Positions 29,935-42,837 of a stretch of 64,000 bases of DNA are shown in pieces (position 1 is the stretch's first letter; each line of letters begins with the position of its first letter). The position numbers were made by a program, and so were the translations under genes. The notes under the pieces were generated by a model. That model was not told where the DNA came from, did no database searches, and saw only the letters and a program-made list of their open reading frames with translations. The stretch covers positions 41,850,001-41,914,000 of the forward strand of contig OZ024751.1 in assembly GCA_964016885.1 (NCBI GenBank). Reading direction: 5' to 3'. This DNA comes from Eledone cirrhosa. Lineage: Eukaryota.

Positions 29935-30158
29935 AATGAGGTAAATATCTCACTGAGTACTAAGTACCCATAGAGATATATAGGGTGTCTATATTATAAT
30001 TGTTGTTCTATGGTACTAATTCGAGATACCAGAACTATAAAAATTGGTGAGTTATAGTTCTGGTATCTCGAATTAGTACCATAGAACAACAATTATATTA
30101 TAGACACCCTATATATCTCTATGGGTACTTAGTACTCAGTGAGATATTTACCTCATTT
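29934..30158. repeat. Near-perfect palindrome (~107-bp arms, ~11-nt spacer) next to (TA)n
   Basis: AAATGAGGTAAATATCTCACTGAGTAC...CAGAACTATAA / TTATAGTTCTG...GTACTCAGTGAGATATTTACCTCATTT. Confidence 0.9.
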
Positions 30159-30696
30159 TTATACATTCTCCAATCTATGTAGAGAAAAAATTCGTTGTTG
30201 CTTACTGCAATTTTTTAGCAGCAAAGCCATCAACACGTCTGTAATATTCCCGCTTTCACTAGCGGCCGGTTCACGTGTGGATCACTTTAACGGCCATAAC
30301 TCATACGATCTGGTAGTTGGCATTATATTTGCAGACCGTGGGACTTAAGTCCAATAGAATGAAGTTTACTTTCCGTTGGAAATTCTCTGAATTTCTAATC
30401 TTTTGTAAATGGAAACCGCCGGTTTGAACAGGTAGATATTTAAATCATTTTTTAATTTATTTAAAGGATTGTTTGTTCTACTCATCAATTTATATATATA
30501 TATATATATATACGAACGAGTAGTACCCCGACGGCTGAGCTCAAGCCGTTTCGACGGCTAGTCCAGAATTAGCCGTCGAAACGGCTTGAGCTCAGCCGGT
30601 GGGGTCCTACTCGTTCGTAGTACCCACTCTACTACCCTAAGTATTGAGTACTTTGGTGCGTTATGGTCTATCTGGTTCCTTACCACATTTCCTTCG

Positions 30697-30774
<78 letters not shown>

Positions 30775-31577
30775 AACAAGACAGACGGTTTCATATCCTA
30801 TTTACAAACCGTCTTTCTTGTATATTACTAAAATAAAAGTCTCGATGAACAAAAACCGTGCTGTGCTTTACATCTGTTAAGAAAAAGTCGGCAGATTTTC
30901 AATCAACCAACACTTTCTTCTATTGAATAAATATACAAATATATATAAAAATTAGGATTGGTGCTCTGAAATAGCGAATGTATGTATAGTATATTTGGTA
31001 ATATACCGTACGTTTAATTTAAAACATTTTCAAGACCTTGTGCTATTATTTTTTCGGCAAAGGAAAGGAGGGAAGCTGACGGATTCTGTTTCACACTGTT
31101 GGTGTTCGCCTCTGCCGAAAATTATAGAGGCTGGATTCTTATAGAATTATAGTGATAATCCTTTGCCGAAAAAAGAAGTAAGTGACATAGTCACTACTTT
31201 AAAAATAATTGTTTCTACTTTAGGCACAAGGCCAGCAATTACCCAGTGCATTACTGGTACTTTATTTTATCGACCCCGTAAGGATGAAAGGCAAAGTCAA
31301 CCTCGGTAATATACCGTATGTTTAATTTAAAACATTTTCAAGACCTTGTGCTATTATTTTTTCGGCAAAGGAAAGGAGGGAAGCTGACGGATTCTGTTTC
31401 ACACTGTTGGTGTTCGCCTCTGCCGAAAATTATAGAGGCTGGATTCTTATAGAATTATAGTGATAATCCTTTGCCGAAAAAAGAAGTAAGTGACATAGTC
31501 ACTACTTTAAAAATAATACCGCAAGATCTTCAAAAGGCTTTTAATTAAACATAAGGTATTTGCCAAATATAGCATAC

Positions 31578-31624
<47 letters not shown>

Positions 31625-31920
31625 GAGGGGGGAGAGAGGGACAGAGAGTGAGAGCACACACACATTTCAAACAACAGCATGGCTTGGTGGTTAGACAATT
31701 GGGCTTGCAATCGGGACGTTGTGAGTTCAGTTCTCGGACTGGGTGATGCGTTGTATCATTGAGCAAGACACTTTATTTAATGTGTTTGTATATATATATA
31801 TATAAATGTGTGTGTGTATATACACATATATATATATATATTATATCGACCCCTAGTGCTTTGTTTTCCAAGTTTCCTATTTACATTACCGATTTGCGAC
31901 TTGTCGTACACACACATACA

Positions 31921-32005
<85 letters not shown>

Positions 32006-32238
32006 AAGTTAGTCCATAGAATAATTTGATAAAATATATATACAGTATTTCTTCTTCCAATCACCATAATCAACCACATAAAAAATCAAATGATTCTATG
32101 GACTTACTTTCTTATATATTGCTCTGATTGTTGATTATTTAATTAATTAATTCGTCATTGAGCCACACCGTGAATGGTTGCCAAAAACATATATATCTAT
32201 ATCTATGGCTCTGTCTAGTTTATGTATATGTAAACCTC

Positions 32239-32320
<82 letters not shown>

Positions 32321-32387
32321 GTAGGTCCCATGTTGAGTCGGGGATAACCGCAGTAAGGTACTCAATACAGCTTCCTGAAGATTTCAT

Positions 32388-32436
32388 GCTTCCTGAAGAT
32401 TTCATCTGAATGAAACAGTACTAGTCCTGTAGAAGC
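32388..32436 (+). ncRNA. Type I hammerhead ribozyme (family B variant)
   Basis: GCTTC-CTGAAGA-T TTC(ATCT)GAA T-GAAA-CAG(TACTAGTC)CTG-TA^GAAGC. Stem I shows a compensatory change relative to the 27355 copy (GATTC/GAATC to GCTTC/GAAGC). Confidence 0.87.
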
Positions 32437-32450
32437 TCCTTCTATAAAAT

Positions 32451-32543
<93 letters not shown>

Positions 32544-33489
32544 GTATATATATATGTAACATTATATATTATATATTATGTAACATTATCCCATTATTTT
32601 AATTTATATTCCTTTGAAGTTCCGATGAGCCACTTTGTTTTTTAAATATGTTAATTATTTTCAACTGAACCAGATCAATTATGATATATAATCATCTGAT
32701 CCAGAAATATTATATGGAATAGCGAAACAATTGTAAACGGACATTATTATTATCAATATTATTATTATTATTCTCTACATTCCTTACATCAAACTAAAAT
32801 ATGTTGACAATCTGTTAATAATGTCTTCCTTGTGAAATTTGTGGTCTTGTTTTGCTTAACTAATGAATATTTCCAGCTCTGCGCACCTAACTTCTGCATG
32901 AACCCAGCCACCTAGCTGCTTTCTACTGCATATTGCACATTGAGCACATGCCTTTACGCTTTGGCTTCTAACTAACTCACCAATCTCTCCTCTCATATCT
33001 CCTCTACTATCTCCATCTCTCTCTTTAAGATTGGTTACTCTTGAACTGTGTATATATATATAAACGTTTGTAGTTGTAAGGCCAAGACAATGCATGTATG
33101 GATATAGAATATAAATGCAAATGCAAAAGATATTGTTGACATACACACACACGCACATATATATATGTATATATATATATTTAGAGACTAGTCTTTGAAA
33201 GTTGGAGTTAGTTGAATATGAATTGTGATCCAGCTTTGATGAATTATAGAACCACACTCAAGGCAAAGTGCAGCACTGGATATTGAACTCCCACCGACCC
33301 AGGAGGGGTCACACCCGACTGTGAATGGATTGCAACCTGCGGAGTCAATAATCTATACGAAAACCACGTGGCGGAAATATAAATAACATAGCCATCATTG
33401 ACAGGTTAGGTTGTGAGTTATCCCTTCTATATATATCTATATATTCTACAGAAATTTGCAATCACTATAATAAAGCCGCCTATTATTAT

Positions 33490-33660
33490 AACAATATCTG
33501 CTCATTCTGCCATATGTGATTCTGGAAGCGGAGTTTCCTATATACACTTTTTCTCTATATGTAACGGGATAGCCATCACGATTTGTATTTACTGTGGTAT
33601 AGTTGTATGCCGTACGATACATTGGTTGAACGCCAACTTGGACATACAGTGAATTTCACC
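33490..33660 (-). pseudogene. Possible degenerate GIY-YIG endonuclease fragment of a PLE
   Basis: Minus-strand reading gives ..TNVSYGIQL.. then, after a frameshift, ..REKVYIGNSASR..; lies in a unique block that ends in the 34534 HHR. Confidence 0.35.
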
Positions 33661-34533
33661 TGGCATGTTGGATTGAGCGACCGAACGTGAGGATTTTGGG
33701 GGATGCCAGTTTCTGCGGACCTGGCGTGTTCTCAATTTCCTCACATCTGTGCCGGCTGTATATGTACCATACATCTCTTTAACTCGTCGTACTTTCTTTT
33801 ATTTTTTATTTTAGATTTTAGGTGTATATCCCAGACCGCCTATGGTGATAAATCTCCTGGATATAGGTTTTGGAAAAATAGTGTTATCTCACTTAACGTT
33901 CGGAACTGGAACATATCGATGTGGTTCGTAGGGTGCGGATATAGTAAGGAGAGTCGACCCGTTTAAAGGCGATATAATTGGAGTACACCATCCCTCATAT
34001 GGACTATCATACATGTAAGGCTGCACCACTGCTAACCAACTATTCTTTTCACAGACTCATGCTGGCAAACTCTCTTGATCTGCCTGTACACCCTCTTTTT
34101 GCACTGCTTGTGCTTTGATGCATCTATGCTTTGTCTTATCTTTTGGGGGGTTTCCGGGCTTTTTGTTCCTTTATTGTTTTGTATTTTTATATTTATCTCT
34201 TTTCTTATCCCTGTATTTTTGTATTTTTTTATTATTTTTTTATTATTTTCTTATTGTTTCTGATCATACTGAGCAATACCCTCACTCATCCCTTGCTACC
34301 CTCTCCCAACCTCTTTATCATCTATTGCACCATTTAAGTGATAAATGTTTGGTGTAATTTTTAATTTTTAAATTTTTAAGACATTTTATGACATTATGTG
34401 CATCATGTATTCTGTCTTTTTCCATATAGCGCTGGCCTCGCCCGACCCCCCCCCCCCCTGCTGGCCCTTTAACCTTGTTCTGGTGACGCAGATCGATGGA
34501 GCATGCAACTACTGATATACTCATGTTTATATA

Positions 34534-34580
34534 GGCTCTGATGATTCCTGCCATGGCGTATGGATGAAACACTGTTAGCT
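34534..34580 (+). ncRNA. Type I hammerhead ribozyme candidate at the 3' end of a PLE-like remnant
   Basis: GGCT-CTGATGA-T TCC..GGA T-GAAA-CACTG-TT^AGCT; the insert ends ~45 nt later in (TA)n. Confidence 0.7.
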
Positions 34581-34621
34581 AATAAAACAATGTATTTCTA
34601 AGCACTCTTTGGTTATTCCTA

Positions 34622-34713
<92 letters not shown>

Positions 34714-35077
34714 CATAAATATATATATATACATATATATATGTGCGTGTGTGTGTGTGTATGTATGTATATATATATATATATATATATGTAGATAAAT
34801 CTACCAAGAGTTTACGGTAGTGTCCAATCCGTATGAAGAACTCAATGTATTCCGGATATCATGGAAAGAAGAGATGTAATGAAAATCCACTTTCGGTGAA
34901 AGATAAACGGTATACAGAGTCAAGATAAATATATGTATATATGTATATATGTATAAATATATGTATATATGTATATATTTGTATACGTGTGTGTATATGG
35001 ATATATATATATATATATACATGTGGGTGTTTGTATGTGTATTTATGGTGGTATGAGTGTGTGGATATATATATGTT

Positions 35078-35109
<32 letters not shown>

Positions 35110-35127
35110 TGAGTCTATGTGTGTGTG

Positions 35128-35158
<31 letters not shown>

Positions 35159-35493
35159 GTATATGTATGTGTGTATATATATGTGTGTGTATGTATATAT
35201 GTATATGTGTATGTATGTGTGTATATATATATATCTCTATTAATGCGTGTGTGTATGTATATACATATGCGTTTTTTTATTATTATTTTCATTTGTATGT
35301 CTGAGTTTGGTGAGGTGGTATTGTTTTTTATGTATATACTCATATATGGAAGCGTATGTATTTATTTATATGAGTATAAGTAGGTGCATATGTATGTATG
35401 ATTATATATCTAATTCTATGTATGAAGGTACATCTATATATATATATATATACGTGTGTATGTAAGTTGTGTGTGTATGTATCTTTATGTCTA

Positions 35494-35552
<59 letters not shown>

Positions 35553-35641
35553 CGATGTGCGTATATGTATGTACATGTATGTACATGTATGTGTGTATGT
35601 ATGTGTATGTATATTTAGATGTATGTGTATGTATATGTATA

Positions 35642-35716
<75 letters not shown>

Positions 35717-36525
35717 GGATATATATCTTTATTATCTATTTTTTATATATATGTGTATGTGTGTACGTGTTGCGCGGGTGTGTGTGTATATATATATCTT
35801 TTTATATGTGTATGTGTATGTTCGTGTAAGTGTATGTGTGTGTATGACTGTATATGTATGTGTGTATGTGTGTATGCGTAAATATCTCTATGTGCGCGTA
35901 CATGTATGTATGTGTATATATATCTGTATGTGTATGTACATTATTTATATTTATTATATTTTATTGTTTTTATTTTTTTATTTTTCTTAATTTATAGATA
36001 CATTTATATTAGGCAGTCTGCTCAGACAATTGAATACTGACCCCTCCACCCCCCCCCCTCCCACCTAATTTCTGTATCTTGATCTTGAAATGTGTGTGCC
36101 AGTGTTTTATGTGAGTGACTTAATTTCTATGTGCTTATGATTTTATATCCACATATATAAATGTGAGTGGGGGAGTGTGTGTGTTTGTATGTTCGTGGTT
36201 ATGTGTATATTTATGCATATACGCGCATGTATGTGTGATTATACTGATATGTGTGAGTATGAAAAAATATATTTATATGCTTGACTCCATAAGTATCAAT
36301 GCGCATCTTATCAGCGCATTGAGCTTACAGAGATATTAACCTTGAAATTTTGTGTTTGCATCCATCTTTTTAGTATGCGCATACAAATTATACACACATT
36401 ATTGTAAAATATGTGTAAGGATTTTACATGTATATACACACACCGAACTGCTTTTAACCCTTTGTGTTTTCATTGGTCAATTTTGAACTGATATTTTGAA
36501 TTGTTGTTATTATCAATAAATATAC

Positions 36526-36680
36526 TTCATTATTTCTGAAGACGGCGTATATATGTGTTAGGTATGTATATTTAATCTTGATAATTTGTATAATTTTGTA
36601 TAATTTTGTACATAGATCTGTTGAATATGCATACCAATTATAACACATATATACCCTAGAAACGATCGTTAAATAGTGAA
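36526..36680 (+). ncRNA. Type I hammerhead ribozyme with a very long stem II
   Basis: TTCATTATTT-CTGAAGA-[~116 nt including GTATATATGTGTTA/TAACACATATATAC and GGTATGTATATT/AATATGCATACC helices]-GAAA-CGATCG-TT^AAATAGTGAA. Confidence 0.75.
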
Positions 36681-36725
36681 CTTTTTTTGTTTAATATAAG
36701 GAATTGTTTGTTCATTATTTGTTTA

Positions 36726-36769
<44 letters not shown>

Positions 36770-36773
<4 letters not shown>

Positions 36774-37258
36774 GATAAATCTACCAAAATATACAGTAGT
36801 GTCCAATCCGTATGAAAAACTCAATGTAATCCAAATATCATGAAAAGAGAAGATGTATTCAACATTTTTTTTTTCGATGAAAAACACAGGAAAACAGAGT
36901 CAAGATAAATTAATAAAAATAATGAATAAAAACAAAGAAACAGTTCCTTATATTAAAAAATTCATCATTTTACGATCGTTTCTAGGATATATATGTGTGT
37001 GTTGGTATGTATATCATATAGATCTATGTAAAAAATTTTACAAACTATCAGAGGGAATATACATACCTACACATATATATGCTGGAAGACAGCATATATA
37101 TGTGTAGATATGTATATTCCCTCTCATAGTTTGTAAAATGTATACATAGATCTATATGATATACATACCAACACACACATATATATCCTAGAAACGATCG
37201 TAAAATGATGAATTGTTTAATATAAGGAACTGTTTCTTTGTTTTATTCATTATTTTTA

Positions 37259-37263
<5 letters not shown>
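36770..37263. mobile_element. Family D foldback element (long-stem-II HHR family). Related pieces at ~25945-26190, 34790-34930, 36500-36730, 47508-47557
   Basis: ~175-bp imperfect inverted arms centred near 37087; shared GTAGATAAATCTACCAA..TCCAATCCGTATGAA tail and CTAGAAACGATCGT motif. Confidence 0.8.
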
Positions 37264-37313
<50 letters not shown>

Positions 37314-37597
37314 AAATAACGAAACGAAATTAAATTTCGTTTCGCTTCTAACTCACTTTTGTATGACTGACGCTTAAACAATTACGTTAAAGTGTACATC
37401 TACATATGTATACGGAAGTATTAGTATGCATATAAATACACACATGTATACATATGTACATGTACTCAGCTTTTCACTAGACACTTTACAGTGAGTGTCA
37501 GCTAGTCTGTATGTAACCACACAGGCGGACCGGGTTTTAGAGTCATACGAGTTTTCAAGGAAACACTTTTCCTCTATTCTCCAGAGGGCCAGACAGG

Positions 37598-37642
37598 AAT
37601 ATTGGACTAGTTTCGATGTTATTACATCTCATCAGTAATATT
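37598..37642 (-). ncRNA. Second copy of the same hammerhead
   Basis: Reverse complement reads AATATTA-CTGATGA-GATGTAATAACATC-GAAACTAGTC-CAATATT, with one mismatch at the base of stem I. Confidence 0.85.
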
Positions 37643-38352
37643 TACCCATCTTCCGGCTTCTCTGGAGAATTGTAAAAGCACATATCGTTATATGCTTTCT
37701 CTATGAAAATTAGTAGTGGGTAGACTAATTTGCATAGAACGTGAGTCATTGTACGCACCGGTTCAGCGGAAACGATAAAAACAAATAACGAAACGAAATT
37801 AAATTTCGTTTCGCTTCTAACTCACTTTTGTATGACTGACGCTTAAACAATTAAGTTAAAGTGTACATCTACATATGTATACGGAAGTATTAGTATGCAT
37901 ATAAATACACACATGTATACATATGTACATGTACTCAGCTTTTCACTAGACACTTTACAGTGAGTGTCAGCTAGTCTGTATGTAACCACACAGGCGGACC
38001 GGGTTTTAGAGTCATACGAGTTTTCAAGGAAACACATTTCCTCTATTCTCCAGAGGGCCAGACAGGAATATTGGACTAGTTTCGATGTTATTACATGCAT
38101 ACTAATACTTCCGTATACATATGTAGATGTACACTTTAACTTAATTGTTTAAGCGTCAGTCATACAAAAGTGAGTTAGAAGCGAAACGAAATTTAATTTC
38201 GTTTCGTTATTTGTTTTTATCGTTTCCGCTGAACCGGTGCGTACAATGACTCACGTTCTATGCAAATTAGTCTACCCACTACTAATTTTCATAGAGAAAG
38301 CATATAACGATATGTGCTTTTACAATTCTCCAGAGAAGCCGGAAGATGGGTA

Positions 38353-38397
38353 AATATTGCTGATGAGATGTAATAACATCGAAACTAGTCCAATATT
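38353..38397 (+). ncRNA. Type I minimal hammerhead ribozyme
   Basis: AATATTG-CTGATGA-GATGT(AATA)ACATC-GAAA-CTAG-TC^CAATATT: 7-bp stem I, 5-bp stem II, palindromic stem III (ACTAGT), GUC triplet. Predicted cleavage after 38390. Confidence 0.93.
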
Positions 38398-38616
38398 CCT
38401 GTCTGGCCCTCTGGAGAATAGAGGAAATGTGTTTCCTTGAAAACTCGTATGACTCTAAAACCCGGTCCGCCTGTGTGGTTACATACAGACTAGCTGACAC
38501 TCACTGTAAAGTGTCTAGTGAAAAGCTGAGTGCATGTACATATGTATACATGTGTGTATTTATATGCATACTAATACTTCCGTATACATATGTAGATGTA
38601 CACTTTAACTTAATTG

Positions 38617-38682
<66 letters not shown>

Positions 38683-39664
38683 TATATATATATACAGTAT
38701 ATATATATACAGTATATATATATATACAGTATATATATATATGGGGTGGAGTAGATATGGTATATTGATGGACAAATTATCTTTCGGTATTTACTTACGC
38801 CCCTTTACATTCGGAATTCAAATCCACAGAAGTCGACTTCGGCCTTTCGTCCTTCCTGGGTCAATAAAATAAATACTATTAATGGACTGGAGTCGATTTA
38901 ATCGATAATATCCTTCCCATACACTTTAGGTAGCCTTGTGATAAAAGAAAATCGATATATATTTGTTCTTATTAGCGATGTTCTTTAGTTTGTGTCAAAT
39001 CTTATTTAGCTTTCTACTTTGTCACGCCCTTACAAACGAATTTTCGTATTTTAGAATCTACTAACGGAGAACTTTATTTAATTATATATTCCAAAGCAGC
39101 AAAGCAAATTTATTCGACAGGCTATCGATAACTCCCCTTCTGCTTTTTATCAGTTTTCTCATCTTTCCATAACATTACATTTTTCTCCGCCGTTATATTT
39201 AACTTATTCCCTTCTAAAAACATGTATAAGAGTTTAACTGTTAATCAATAGCGAATCACTAAATCGTATATTTTGTGGTTTGTGTTACATTTTCTATTTT
39301 CAATTTAAAGAGGCATTTTATTATTATTAAACTTTACCTTTCATCATTATGGGGTCGATAAAATAAAGTACCAGTAATGCACTGGGATAATTGCTGGCCT
39401 TGTGCCAAAAGTAGACACAATTATTATTATTATTATTATTATTATTATTTAGAGTCTCAGACCCTGGTTCGTAACAGAGAGTTACGACCCTTTACGTTCT
39501 GAGTTCAAATCCCACCGGGGTTAACTTTGCCTTACGGGGTCGATAAAATAAAGCACCAGTAACATACTGGAGTCGATTTAATCGACTTTCCCCTCCCCAA
39601 AAATGTTTTTGCTGGTCTTGTGCCTATATAAGAAACTGCTGGCCTTGTGCCAAAAGTAGAAACA

Positions 39665-39705
<41 letters not shown>

Positions 39706-41659
39706 CAAAAATTATTAGAGGGAACTCGACCCCAGGCCCCTTTATGTGGCGATTCAGTGTCAGGGTCTTCTCCCTCTTATTTTTCTCTGTTATAAATGTT
39801 TTATATAAATTGTGTTTATTCTATTCAAAATAAAATGTTCCCAAAAATAAAACGTAAAACGACGTAACAACTTAGTATGACAATTATTGGAGACGGTTCG
39901 ACAGGACCTGCTGTTTTTTAAAACCTGGCATACCCCATTTCCTTTCCAGATCTGAACCCATTTCTCGTAGAGAAGAATAGAGAGGATGTTAGAGAAAGAT
40001 ATAGAGGAAGAATCGACCTCAGTACTAGACTGGTACTTTTTTATCGACCTTGAAAGGACGAAAGGCGATGAAAAACAAAGTTAACCTCGCCGGGATTTGA
40101 ACTCAATTACTGTACTTTGGTGGATTCAAGTTCAGTCGTATATAAAATAAGGTTGTTGTATAGTCTATTAAGATTTGCTAAATCTTAACTATAATAAAGG
40201 AAGGTCTGCGGGATTGCGCCCAGAATATATTTTTTTACCCCGTTTGTAAAATAAGTTGGATTATATGAATAAATAATTGTTTCTACTTTTGGCACAAGGC
40301 CAGCAATTATCCCAGTGTATTACTGGTACTTTATTTTATCGACCCCGTAAGGATGAAAGGCAAAGTTAACCTCGGCAGGATATGAATTCAGACCATGAGG
40401 GGCTGTAACTCTTTGCTGCAAAGCATGGCGTCCAACCTTCTACCGATACTGCCAATCCACCGCCCTAACATGGCGTCCAACCCTCTACCGATACTGCCAA
40501 TCCACCGCCCTAACATGGCGTCCAACCCTCTACTGATACTGCCAATCCACCACCCTAGCATGGCGTCCGACCCTCTACCGATACTGCCAATCCACCGCGC
40601 CTTTGAATAAATAATGAATGAATATAACATAATTTATGTGCTAAATTTCGTGGCTGTTGATTAAATATATTTTATAGCTTAATCTTTAAAATTCACTTCT
40701 TTAAAATTATCAAATGTCAACACTTCCGGTTAGCGGCCGTTATATTATAACACTTATAATCGCATATATTTCCGTCGCTAATTTTCTCCTGGTGCAGTTT
40801 ATATATAATGTCGTCTTTTTTTTTAATATATCATGGATTACTGATTACAGAAGACAGTGTAACATAGGCTTTGTTCAATTTCTGTGTATATTGTCAATTA
40901 CGAATTTAATTGATGTATCATATTTACATGCATATATATTTGTGTATAATATCAATATACACACTACACATGCTAGCAGAAAACCACGCGTAGGGTCGTT
41001 TTTCTGCTAGTCTTTATAAATATAGTCGTACAACCCAACTACCAAAATAACATTAGATAGATTATGTCATCGGTTTCAATTTGTAATTAAAGTTGTTTAC
41101 GTCTTCATGTACCGTTAAAAGCAATAGAAAACAATTCTGAAAGGCGGAAGAGGTGACAAATGTATAACAAAGACTATAGCTTCCAAAGCTATTTATTCAC
41201 CTTCAGTAACGTAGACTTTACACCAAACCAATATTCAAACGTTTAAAAATAAATACAATTTCAGAAGAAATTATATTTAATGATTTTCTATACACTTCAA
41301 ACCATTTTAATTTTAATAAATAAAATTTCCATACGTACTGCTAGTATATTTATTTAATTGCGAATTGAGTTCAAATCCCGGCAAGGTGAACTTTTCTTTT
41401 CATTGTCTTTCATCCTTTCGAGGTCGATAAAAAAGATACCAGTCTTGTACTGGGGTCGATTCTTCCTTTATATATCTTTCTCTCATCCTCTCTATCCTTC
41501 TCAGGAAGAAATCTGCTGTGTGTGTTCAGATCCGGAAAGGGGGTGTGCCAGGTTTTAAAAAAACAGCAGGTCCTGTCAGAATCAACCATCTCCAATAATT
41601 GATCCGGCCGAATCTCCAAGCGAGACCAGTTGAGCTCATTGGTGTTGTTACCCAAGCAT

Positions 41660-42365
41660 CTTGCTCGGGAGAGGGGTCTGCTTCTGGGTCTCCAACATAC
41701 ACTTGCTCGGGGGTGAGGGCTCTACTTCTGGGTCTCCAACATACACTTTCTCGGGGGGTGAGGGCTCTACTTCTGGGTCTCCAATATACAGTTGCTCGGG
41801 GGTGAGGGCTCTACTTCTGGGTCTCCAATATACAGTTGCTCGGGGGTGAGGGCTCTACTTCTGGGTCTCCAATATACAGTTGCTCGGGGGTGAGGGCTCT
41901 ACTTCTGGGTCTCCAATATATAGTTGCTCGGGGGTGAGGGCTCTACTTCTGGGTCTCCAACATACACTTGCTCGGGGGGTGAGGGCTCTACTTCTGGGTC
42001 TCCAATATACAGTTGCTCGGGGGGTGAGGGCTCTACTTCTGGGTCTCCAATATATAGTTGCTCGGGGGTGAGGGCTCTACTTCTGGGTCTCCAATATACA
42101 GTTGCTCGGGGGGTGAGGGCTCTACTTCTGGGTCTCCAATATACAGTTGCTCGGGGGGTGAGGGCTCTACTTCTGGGTCTCCAACATACACTTGCTCGGG
42201 GGGTGAGGGCTCTACTTCTGGGTCTCCAACATACACATACTCGGGGGTGAGGGCTCTACTTCTGGGTCTCCAACATACACTTGCTCGGGAGAGGAGGAAG
42301 GTCTACTTCTGGGTCTCCAACACACACTTTCTCGGAGGTGAGGGCTACTGCTGGGTCTCCTACAT
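41660..42365. repeat. 44-46-bp G-rich minisatellite (~15 copies)
   Basis: TTGCTC(G)nTGAGGGCTCTACTTCTGGGTCTCCAA(T/C)ATACA repeated. Confidence 0.95.
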
Positions 42366-42837
42366 ATACTTGATAGTTTTGATGCCAAGTGCTGCACGGT
42401 TGGAATAAAGAGAGTGGTGTTATACGAAATACAGAATTTGATCTTTTGAGGACAACAGCTTCAATAATATTTTTTATCGTTTTTAATGACCATCCAATGT
42501 CTTATAAAGACATTAATGAGTACCATATGGGGGGAATTATTTGAACGCTCAAAATTAAAATCACACAATTTCAATTATCAATAATTTTAATTATCATTTT
42601 TTTCTTTCTTTCTTTTGATTTTTCACGAAAAAGAAAAAACAATCTATAACATTTAAAATAATTGATTTCTTTCAGTTACACCCTCGTATTGATAAAACTA
42701 CTAATAAACACCTAATGTGAAATTAAAAAACTGAATTAATAAATAATAATCATCTTAATTACTTTTAGTTCATTAATAAATTAAATGAAACATTTATATT
42801 CTTATGATGAAATAAACTAAGATTTCAGTGAGTATGA

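Larger units (their letters stand above)
37310..38618. mobile_element. HHR-bearing 469-bp tandem unit (retrozyme-like or PLE pLTR-derived), ~1.7 units followed by an inverted ~1.1 units, inserted in (TA)n
   Basis: The unit start at 37311 recurs at 37780. From ~38095 the sequence is the reverse complement of the unit. Flanked by (TA)n; no coding ORF. Confidence 0.85.

Noticed and set aside
41599-42408. GS-rich repetitive ORFs (XTEN-like) and the 50232-50753 YYYRFIVFL ORF
   Set aside because: Minisatellite translations; variable G-runs in the 41.6-kb array shift the frame between units.
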